Source: Octopus vulgaris
Taxonomy: Eukaryota
NCBI GenBank assembly: GCA_951406725.2
Contig: OX597828.1
Location: forward strand, 2,356,001-2,420,000
Length of the DNA stretch: 64,000 bases
Direction of reading: 5' to 3'
Positions 54,314 to 64,000 of the stretch are shown here, one piece after another. The translations under genes and the position numbers were made by a program. How positions within the stretch are numbered: the stretch's first letter is position 1; every line of letters starts with the position of its first letter. The notes beneath the pieces are model-generated. The model was not told the DNA's origin, ran no database searches, and worked only from the letters and a program-made list of their open reading frames with translations.

Positions 54314-54800
54314 GCAGTTGTAGCTGTGTGGTAAGAAGCTTACTTCCCAACCACATGGTTCTAGGTTCAGTCCCAGCCTCAGACTGACCAAAGCCTTATG
54401 AGAGGTTTTGGTAGATCAAAACTGAAAGAAACCCGTCATATCATCATCATCATCATCATCATCATTTAGCGTCCGTTTTCCATGCTAGCATGGGTTGGAC
54501 GGTTTAACTGGGGTCTGTGAAGCCGGAAGGCTTCATCAGGCCCAGTCAGATTTGGCAGTGTTTCTACGGCTGGATGCCCTTCCTAACGCCTATATATGTA
54601 TATATAAATGTATGTGTGTGTCTTTCTGTACATGTTCATCCCCTACCACTGCTTGACAGCCAGTATTAGTCTCATGGTATTAGAGTTCGATAGAATAAGG
54701 CTTAAAAAAAGAAAGGTATAGGGGTCAGTGCACTCAACTAAAAATTAAGGTGGTGCTCCAGCATGGCCGCAGTCTCACAACTGAAACAAGTAAAAGGTAA
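54314..54800 (+). mobile_element. SINE S1 with nested inverted RTE 3'-tail (54441-54590)
   Basis: S1 head and tail split by (CAT)n..ggatgcccttcctaacgcc. Confidence 0.75.
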
Positions 54801-54946
54801 AGTATTATGGAGTCAGAGATGTAGGTAAATGTGTAACCTGTGGCTTATGCAAATATGAAGTCTGAATCTACTTGACTAGTAAATATATATTGGAGGAAAC
54901 ACAGTTCATTAATGCATGCAAAAATATTGTCTATATAAGGAGTACT

Positions 54947-55128
54947 TGGTTTCAAACTCTGGCACAAAGCCAGCAAGTTCAAGGGTTGGGGTAAATCTGT
55001 TACACTGACTCCAGTGCTCAGCTGGTACTTATTTTATCAACCCAAAAGGATGATAAGCAAAGTTGACCTCAGTGGAATTTGAACTCAGAATGTAAAGACG
55101 ATGAAATGCTGCTAAGTATTTTGCCTGG
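54947..55128 (-). mobile_element. SINE S2, head truncated by the 109-bp duplication
   Basis: Homology to 2898-3103 stops at ttgcctgg. Confidence 0.8.
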
Positions 55129-55237
55129 TATATAATGGACAAGTTATTGGTAATGAGAATAGTTTGGTGAGAAATAAAAAAAAGAGATGTAATTGGAGGA
55201 AGACTTTGAGCCAGAATAACTGGGAGTCTTTGTTGCT
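55129..55237 (+). repeat. 109-bp direct duplicate of 58037-58145
   Basis: Identical by eye (tatataatggacaag...gtctttgttgct). Confidence 0.92.
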
Positions 55238-55841
55238 ATGTTTCAAGAGAGAGAAATGACTGACAGAAACAGTGTACCTATGTGAAGACCCCCAGGTTTT
55301 AGAGTTGCTGCGTTAGTGGCTGGTAGTATTAACAAAAACATAACCAAACGGGTGACAATTGACCAATCTTTCTCAGGGTTAAAAGAACACTCGATCAATT
55401 TATGAATTCCAGGTTTGATTCTATGATAAGGCATTTTGGGTATGTGTCTTTCACTGCAGCCTTGGGTTGACCAATGTTTGTGATTGGTATTCAGTAGAAG
55501 GAAGCTCTATAGAAGCCCAACATATGAGTGTACATGTATATTTGTGCTTGCATACAGATGTATAGGTGTGTGTGTGTGTGTGTGTGTGCACATATGTATA
55601 TATATGTAAGCAAAAAAACATTTAAGCATTTACGCTCGAAATAAAATGTCATGACAGACAGACAAATGTAAAATAAGCTTTGTCTCTTTATTTAACAGAG
55701 ATTGATAAAAGAAGTATCAGAGTGAAATAAGAGCTGGGGTTGACATAACAAACAACCCTGAAGGCAGGGTCACAGCACAAGCAAAGCCCTGAAACCAACA
55801 AAAGAGAAAAAACATAAAAATTTAATTTGTATTTATATAAT

Positions 55842-55847
55842 TTTATT
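55842..55847 (-). terminator. Candidate polyadenylation signal of TM2D3
   Basis: AATAAA on the minus strand about 310 nt after the stop codon, followed by a U/GU-rich tract. Confidence 0.55.
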
Positions 55848-56157
55848 GGCTGGACACTCATGATTAAGTTTCGTTAGTCACCAAAATTGATTTAAACAAA
55901 ATTTCACACACGCACAAAACTTTCTCAAAATGATGCAGGTGCCAAACTGTACAATGACAACACACACATAATGGACTTAAGATGGATCTAACCATGTAAA
56001 ATGTCACATGGACAATGGCAGCATTCATACTTTTCCCAAGAAAGTTATAACATTGTAATGTAAGCAGTTCTTTCATAAGATTTACTGCTTCGCTTGTAAT
56101 CCACAACACATTCACCTTATTACATTCTGACTTCCAACAATACATAAAAAACAAACA

Positions 56158-56326
56158 TCAGTATATATAGAGAGATCCATCAGCGGGACCAATATAGCCA
56201 ATGGCTATGAGAATAACATCAATAATTGTCCATACACCAAGACCCCCAAAACTGAATAACTTGCCAATTCCTTCTTCCCAAAGACCAAGGTAAAATCGAT
56301 CGACACCAAATCCACCAAGAGTAATG
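56158..56326 (-). CDS. TM2D3: TM2 domain-containing protein 3 (almondex orthologue), terminal coding exon
   Basis: Manual translation after a polypyrimidine/ttttgcag acceptor gives (S)ITLGGFGVDRFYLGLWEEGIGKLFSFGGLGVWTIIDVILIAIGYIGPADGSLYIY*. This has the TM2-domain DRFYLG motif and the GPADGSLYI C-terminus characteristic of TM2D3. Length is 169 nt (1 nt + 56 codons). Confidence 0.95.
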
Positions 56327-58365
56327 CTGCAAAAGTAAAAAGATAAATAAAAGGTTTATTTAAATCAGCAGGTATATTTTCAAATCATTTATTCTCATAC
56401 ATAGACATCAAATTTTACTGTAACCAGTCAAATCATTTTCTATGAGCTAACAGACAAACCTCTGCTTTTACATAGTTGTTCAACTTGCTAGAAACAGCAG
56501 TGAAATTCACCTCAAATTGTACCTGTCTTCTAAAGAAATAGGACACATTAGATAATAATAATGTATTATTATTATAAATATATATAATATATTGAATAAT
56601 AGAAGACAGGAATGCCTTTAATCAAATGGCTATTTAATCAAAGCTGGCTTTGGGCGAAAAAAAAGCATCATCTTTGCTAATTTATTCGATTCTCCAATAT
56701 TCACTTTCAGTTCTAAGCTGTTTCACAGATGTCAGATAATTGGTAAAATACACACTTGGAAATTTACAAATTTTGTTGTCTTCAAATACAAAAATGAACA
56801 TAAAGAATATGCATAGCAGAGATTAATTAGAAGGTTTAATCTTTATCTAAGAGACAAGAAATTCCTCTTCTATTGAGGTTATGCTTATTATTGGTAAAAC
56901 ACTTCAATGAATATGAACTGTCGGTTCATTCAGGGAAGAAGTTCTGGGAGCTTTACAGAGAATACTTGTTAAAAAGTTTTCAAATGCAGAATGAAGGTCC
57001 TTATCTAACAATTCTAATCACCTGATCTCTGGAATTTTGTCACTATTTTTCTTTGATGTAAACACTGACTCTTTGAGAAGTAACAGAAGAATGGAGTGAA
57101 ATTTAACGAACAAGACTTTGTACATTAACAGAAATGAGTAAGAATGTTAAAGACATGCAATGAAAGTTAGCATAGAATCACAACAGCGAATGCTGTGATA
57201 CAAATAAGCTTGTACTTTGTGAACTGTTAGAGGTTCATGAATAGATATGAATAAAATAATTCCTTCAAGACCAAAAGCCCTAAATCTATTTTATTATTAG
57301 GGTAGAATGGGGGAATAAATTAGATAAGTCATAGCAACCTGTAATTAGGAAAGGAAATTAGGAAGTCGTGTCTTGTTTCAGAAAAAAATTATGGAAATAT
57401 ACTAAAAACAAAACATTTTAAAAACATTTCCTTATAGTTTACAAGAGAACCTCACTGAAATCTCACGTATTTAAACAGGATCATTGTATATTTTGTAATA
57501 AAATTTTGAGGGTATATTTAGGTATATCTACTTTTTCAGGATAAATTCCAATAAAATAATTCATCTAAACGTTGTTCATTGAAGATCAGGTAGGAGATAT
57601 TTTTACTGGAAGTCTGTTCGTAAGCAAGTATTATATAAGTCCAAGGGGGATAATTCTGTACACATCGTGTTTAGTATTAGCCACTTAGTAGTGAACTGGT
57701 AGTTTCTCTGTCAGCTGACACTGGGTACAGTTGGGATGCGGTCTTGCATTCTGTGTAGATGTGTGCTAGTGACCAGGTAGTAGTTATATGACCAGACAGA
57801 TGTAGAGAGAGAGAGAGAGTGTCACTTTAGGTTTAGAGGTGAGAAAAAGATTGAAAATGTTTGTGTTATTGTAGTTGAGAAGAATGAGTGTAGATGTGAC
57901 TAGTTAGATGTAGAGTTGAGGATTGCAAAAGATTCAATTTCCAATAAGAGCCAAGTAGAGTTGTTGCATTGAAGACACTGAGAACAAGAACTTTGGGGAA
58001 GGCTGACATGAGGTAGATATCCTGAAAGTATGAAGATATATAATGGACAAGTTATTGGTAATGAGAATAGTTTGGTGAGAAATAAAAAAAAGAGATGTAA
58101 TTGGAGGAAGACTTTGAGCCAGAATAACTGGGAGTCTTTGTTGCTGTCATGGCTGAATGATCTTACTAACAGTGACACTTGATGAATTCATTCTCCAAGA
58201 ACAGTTTCCATTAGAAACTAGTCCCTTGCTTCTATGGTACCACAGCCATCACACCTGCTCTTTTATTGTGATTTTCAGGTCAGCAGCACACGTTGTTTAG
58301 TTGGATTAAAAATGCTCATTCAATTCTCCATACTTAAAAGTTATTCCCCATTTTATCTACATTAA

Positions 58366-59240
58366 CCCTTTAGCATTTAAACCAGCAATGTCCAGCCCAA
58401 ATTTTCTACTTTTATGTTCAAACTGGCCAGATACGCCGTACTTGAGAAAACTCATCAAGCCAAGTGAGATCATAGCTGTGGTTGATGCTTGTGTCATGTA
58501 ACTGGGCTGTTAAAAGCATATTTCAATTGTTGGGCGATATACTGTGCTTGTGAGATCATAGTCGTGGCCGATGCCTGCGCCATCTGATTGGCATGTATGC
58601 ACCATTCATATATCAGGCCTCATGGAGGCAGTGACGTCAAGCCAAGTGAAATCGTAGTCAAGCCCAATGCCAATGTTGCATAACTGGCCTGTTAAAAGCA
58701 CCCTTCAATCGTTGGGTGATATTCTATGCTTGTAAAGACCTGTCAAACTGAGTGAAATCATAGTTGTGGCCGATACCAGTGCCGTCTGACTGGCATCCAT
58801 GCTAATGGCATGTAAAAAGCACCATTCAAACATTAAGCCTCATGGAAGCAGTGACAGGTGACCAAGATCATTGGCAATATACCATGCTTGTGTTGACCTG
58901 TCAAGTCAAGTGAGACCATAGTCGTGACTGATACCAGTATCAGGTCAATCGCACCCATGCTGGTGGCATGTGAAATATGCCTACTACATTCTCGGAGTGG
59001 TTGGTGTTAGGAAGGGCATCCAGCCATAGTAAACTATGTCAAATCAGATTGGAACCTGGCGCAGCCGCCTGGCTTACCAGTTTTCAGTTAAACCGTCCAA
59101 CATGGAAAGCGAACATTAAATGATGATGATGATCATCATCATCATCAAAATCTCAAGGCTATGAGATAATGCATGATTAATTCAAAACAATGTGAATAAA
59201 TAAGAATTACATTTGACAGAGTAATTGGAATGCTGAAGGG
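58366..59240. mobile_element. piggyBac-type MITE interrupted by an RTE 3'-UTR fragment (~58435-59131)
   Basis: TTAA|CCCTTTAGCATT ... AATGCTGAAGGG|TTAA termini. The nested piece has internal tandem repeats and a (GAT)n tail. Confidence 0.8.
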
Positions 59241-59719
59241 TTAAAATAAATAATATACAGCAAATGTTAACATCTCAGTAATAGTAACGAAAGATTAGGA
59301 ATAACAATGGAAATCCAGTATAGTGAAGTATATGAAGACTGTGAAATTGATGTAAAATGAGAGACATAATGATATGAAGTCAGTATAAATAATATACGAG
59401 GTGGTATCAAAAAGGTTCCTGGATTAGTTATCTGAATCTATAAAAGAGGGTTTGTATGTGTGTGCATATGTTCCTTATGCATTCCAAAACCGAGTTGCTG
59501 ATTTTGATGTATGAGGTATCAAAAGATTCGGTAGGCATTTGGCTACCAACTAGGTTCAGTTACTGCTGGCTTATAGTTAAACACTGGTAGGTTATAGCCT
59601 AAAAGTTTCAAAGTAAAATCTAAAAGAAACGTATTGAAGATACAACATAAAGTGAACAGGTTATCAATGAACACAGGCTTGTTTTGTTAGTCTGGCAGAA
59701 ATCATAAAGTGAGATTTAC

Positions 59720-59795
59720 CTTAACAAGAGAGCTACACTCCAACGGTAACCGCTGGTCCAATTACACAAACGGTATTTGTAAAAACTGCGATTTC
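59720..59795 (-). CDS. TM2D3: TM2D3 penultimate coding exon
   Basis: ctcag acceptor and AG|gtaaat donor. The 76 nt encode (G)NRSFYKYRLCNWTSGYRWSVALLL(S), matching the TM2D3 CNWTxGYxWS motif. The split Ser codon AG|C joins in phase with the 56326 exon. Confidence 0.93.
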
Positions 59796-60328
59796 CTGAG
59801 AATAAAGAGGTTTAAAAAAAGTTAATGACAATAAATCACCATTAATAAGGTTATTATTTTAAATAGTTGACCATTATTAGGCAAGCAATAATTTGCTAAA
59901 ATAAATAAATTTTCAATATCTCAACAGAATTTCACTTTCAAACAGCACAATTTTCTACAAAACAATTTACTCAGTTGTGCTTCACCCAAATGACATATTA
60001 CAATTGTTACAAATCTTTATATCCTACCCTCTCTTACTATCACACATCTGAAAGACTATCTGATGGTACTTGTCTTCGTATACTGTTTTTCTTACAGGAG
60101 CAGTTCATATCAATAATCTAAACCAGTTTATGGTGGGTGTCCCTAGAAATTAAATCTTCTGGCACTAGACGATCCACATATGCCCAAAACAGTTTTAGTT
60201 CTATATTTTACAGTATGATCCTTCTCTTCCATCTAATTTTATACTCTACTAAACTGATTCTTTACAAGTTATACATTTTACACGGTCATTTATAGCAACT
60301 ATTCTACATCTATTCAGTATAACCTGTC

Positions 60329-61681
60329 AACTATCGCCCAGTCAGTCTCACTAGCTGTATTGCAAAACTGATGGAATCGTGTGTCAGAGAAACACTCTGG
60401 AACTTCTGGAGCTCTCACAGTCTCATCCGACCCTCACAATATGGATTTGTCCCTAACTCCAGCTGCAGTGACCAGCTTGTCGAGTTCCTTGAGGACATTA
60501 CTCAGATTACTGACAGTGGCTCATGGGTGGATGTTGTCTACCTTGACTTTGCTAAGGCTTTCAACTCTGTGCCACACAAAAGGCTTATGGTGAAACTCTC
60601 TGCAATGGGTGTGGGGGATGACCTTTTTAACTGGTTGAAATCCTTCATCCTCAGCCGAAAGGAGGTAGTCACAGTTCTAGGACAGCACTCTACACCATAT
60701 GAGATGTCATCGGGTGTACCACAGGGATCTGTCCTTGGCCCCCTCTTGTTTGTGGCATACATTAACGACATAGATGCCAATTTAAAGAATGCCACAGTAT
60801 TGAAATATGCAGACGACATCAAGCTGTACCTTGAAATCAAGAGGACAGATCCTGATGTCTACAACTCTTTCCTGCAATCAGACCTAGACACAATGCAGCA
60901 ATGGATCACAGACTGGCAACTGAAACTGGCTGTGGACAAGTGTACCACCATGCATTTTGGGAGAAAAAACCCTGCGTTCACATACTCCCTCCACAACACT
61001 GATATCAAGAAATCCTCTTGCGAGCGTGACCTAGGCATCACTGTCAGCAGTGATTTGCGTTGGTCAAAGCATATCTCTAAGATTGTCAGGAAGGCCGAGG
61101 GTGTCTTGGCATCACTCAGCAGGTCTTTTGTTAGCCGCTCTCCAGCCATCTATTTAAAACTGTATACAGCTATGGTACGACCACACTTGGAATTCGCATC
61201 ATCAGTTTGGAACCCCTATCTTGCACAGAACATTGACCTCCTGGAATCTGTCCAGAGACGTGCAACCAAACGCATACCCTCCATCAGACACCTACCATAT
61301 TCTGAGCGCCTTGTTTCCCTGGGCATGGATTCACTGAAGCTCCGGCGTTTGGCGACGGACTTGGTAAACACCCACAAAGTTATCAACCACCTCACCAACA
61401 ACAACACTGAACACCTTTTTGATCTCCATGTGTCTAACACACGTGGACATGCCTACAAAGTCAGAAAACAATACAGCTCCCATGACTTTCGGAAACATTT
61501 TTTCACGCTCAGAGTTGCTGAAGCATGGAATAAACTGCCTGTGTCAGTTGTTGACTGCCATGACACTGCATCTTTTAAGGCCCTCATGCTTTCCGAAATC
61601 CGCCGAAACTTCACCTGATTATATATACACTTTAGATGAGTTGTAGTGCACCTGAGCACTGTACACAATTATTATTATTAT
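60329..61681 (+). mobile_element. 5'-truncated CR1/L2-like LINE with uninterrupted RT reading frame, antisense in a presumed TM2D3 intron
   Basis: NYRPVSLTS..LDFAKAF..GVPQGSVLGP..YADD..RDLG..RPHLE..TRGH..FF.RV..WN.LP. ORF 60371-61618; short 3'UTR and (TTA)n tail. Confidence 0.95.
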
Positions 61682-62490
61682 ATATGATGAAAGTCTACTT
61701 TCATAGCCTATAGAAAATTTGATGTCACTTCCTCCCTCTGTTCTTTAGATTCTGTTAGATTTCCTTTTATTTTCTTTCTATTAACGAATCCGTTCAATAT
61801 CTCACAATTTTCCTAGATGAACCAAACTCTCTTCATCACATGTCTAACCACTGTAATTAAACTTTTATGGTTTTTAATAGATTTTCAGTGAATAATTCCA
61901 ATTAATCCAAATTTGTTTTCCTATGGATTTTCATTTCAGTGGTCATCCTTGTGACTATTTGCAATTTATTTTCGTTTTGCTCACTGCCAAGAAATATAGA
62001 CATCATTCATCTTTAGATCAAGTAATTTTTTTCTGAGAGCAAAAAATTCCTGCTGCTTTTTCCATTCTCCGTCTTATCTATACAGTTTTTGCATATCTTT
62101 TGATATCATGACATGGGTTTGTGTCATTCTTGGCTGGCAAAATAATGTCTAGCTAATAATGGTTTTCTTCCCATACTTTCAAATCAGCAATAGACTATTG
62201 GATCCTTTTAACATCCCCAAACTCATGGGTCATTCTGTATCGTTTTTTTTTTTCTCTTCAAGGAATATTGCTACTGACATCTCATTCTTGTAAAAATCCC
62301 TTTATGGTGGAAATCCACCAGCTAATTAACTTTCAGCTAATCAACTTTCAGCACCATCGTTCTTCACATTTGCTCTCAAACACTAATCTCTCCCATGTCA
62401 GGCAATTGTAATACACCATATCACTGACTCTCTGGTAGTAATAAACAATTACTGGCAGATTTCAATGCTGGTTTCTGAATATATTTGTCA

Positions 62491-63803
62491 AGCAGGCAAA
62501 CCACAAATCCCTTCAGGTAGATGGCCCTGCTTGATCTGCAGAAAAGGCGTAGGTAGAAACTGTATAAGATGTACTCAGTGTAAGCTATGGACACATAAGA
62601 GGTGCAGCAATATCAAAGGGAGGCTAACTGGGAGGATAGCTTTTGTATGTGGCAGATGCTCGGGAGCAATAAACACTGAAAATGCACAGAGAACAACTTC
62701 CGCCACATTCCAGGGAGAAAAACTACAAGTAGTTGATAGCTTCCGTTACCTAGGTGACCAAGTCAGTAGAGGGGGAGGGTGCACTGAAAGTGTAGCTGCT
62801 AGAATAAGAATAGCCTGGGCTAAGTTCAGAGAGCTCTTACCTCTGCTGGTGATAAAGGGCCTCTCACTCAGAGTAAAAGATAGACTGTACGACGCATGTG
62901 TATGAACAGCCATGCTACATGGCAGTGAAACATGGGCCTTGACTGCTGAGGATATGCGTAAGCTCGCAAGAAATGAAGCCAGTATGCTCCGATGGATGTG
63001 TAATGTCAGTGTGTATACTCGACAGAGTGTTAGTGCCCTGAGAGAAAGGTTGGACCTAAGAAGCATCAGATGTGATGTGCAAGAGAGACGACTGCACTGG
63101 TATAGTGATGTGGCGAGAATGGATGTGGATAGCTGTATGAAAAAGTGCCACACCCTAGCAGTTGAGGGAACCTGTGGAAGAGGTAGACCCAGGAAGACCT
63201 GGGATGAGGTGGTGAAGCATGACCTTCAAACATTGGGCCTCACCAAGGCAATGACTAGTGACCGGGACCTCTGGAAATATGCTGTGCTGCAGAAGACTCG
63301 GCAAGAACAAGTGTGGCCTATGCTAGAAGTGTAACCCGTCCACTTATGCGTGCCTTTTCTTCATTGGACACTAAACTCTGCTTATGAAGACCAGTTGGGG
63401 CAAGTGAAATTGAAGTCGAAATCAAACTCGGTGACTGGCATCCATGCTAGTGGAGTGCTAAGAGTACCATACGAGTGAGATCGTTGCCAGAGCAACAAGC
63501 TGGCCTTTGTGCCAATGGCACATTAAACACACCAGTTGAGCATGATCGTTACCGTGTCGCCTTACTAGCACTTGTGCTGGTAGCACGTGAAAAAAAGAAC
63601 ATTCGAGCGATGTCGTCGTCAGTGCCGCTGGACTGGCTCCTGTGCAGGTGGCACATAAAAAGCACTATTTGAGTGTGGCTGTTGCCAGTACCACCAAACT
63701 GGCCTTCATGCCGGTGGCATATCAGATTGGAGTCTGGTTTGCCAGACCTCAGTCAAATCGTCCAACCCATGCTAGCATGGAAAGCAGATGTTAAATGATG
63801 ATG
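62491..63803 (+). mobile_element. RTE-like LINE 3' part with PHD-like finger
   Basis: WPCLICRKGVG..CTQCKLWTHKRC..CGRC precedes VDSFRYLGD..LHGSETW..RGRPRKTW. One internal stop (likely CGA>TGA); (GAT)n tail. Confidence 0.9.
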
Positions 63804-63947
63804 AATGGATCAACTATACCAAGTATTGGGTAGTCAACACCTATTTGGCTTCTATCTTATATATCTTCCGCTCAGTATAGTTCATCATGTACCTGGCCAG
63901 CATACCTGCGGAAAATCTTGTATGAAGTGTTTAAATAAATGACTGGT

Positions 63948-64000
63948 CTTTACTCTTTTACTTGTTTCAGTCATTTGACTGCAGCCATGCTGGAGCACAA
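63948..64000 (-). mobile_element. SINE S1 3' end (continues beyond the window)
   Basis: ctcttttacttgtttcagtcatttgactgc. Confidence 0.8.

Noticed and set aside
58435-58980. Repeated units resembling a CRISPR array
   Set aside because: Irregular, imperfect modules of a LINE 3'UTR in eukaryotic DNA, with no cas genes.

Overview
AT-rich, microsatellite-dense eukaryotic genomic DNA. The SINE/LINE repertoire resembles an octopus (coleoid cephalopod) genome, which is an inference. Only one host gene is supported, and the ORF track misses it: the last two coding exons of TM2D3/almondex on the minus strand (59720-59795 and 56158-56326). The rest is mostly transposon-derived: RTE, CR1/L2-like and Tx1/L1-like LINEs, tRNA-derived SINEs, Penelope-like elements (PLEs, Neptune- and Naiad-like), a 1.3-kb internally deleted Gypsy element, Tc1/mariner remnants and a piggyBac MITE. 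The most notable hidden signal is about 16 minimal type-I hammerhead-ribozyme motifs in at least 7 sequence families. They lie in PLE terminal repeats and in short non-coding, often fold-back, elements inserted into (TA)n tracts, and several carry core variants shared between copies (U3-A8, U4C, A6U). An RTE LINE and a ~500-bp non-autonomous derivative share a covarying 5' RNA structure and (ATGT)n flanks. Most ORF-track entries are microsatellite artefacts. Element boundaries were read by eye and are approximate unless termini are quoted.
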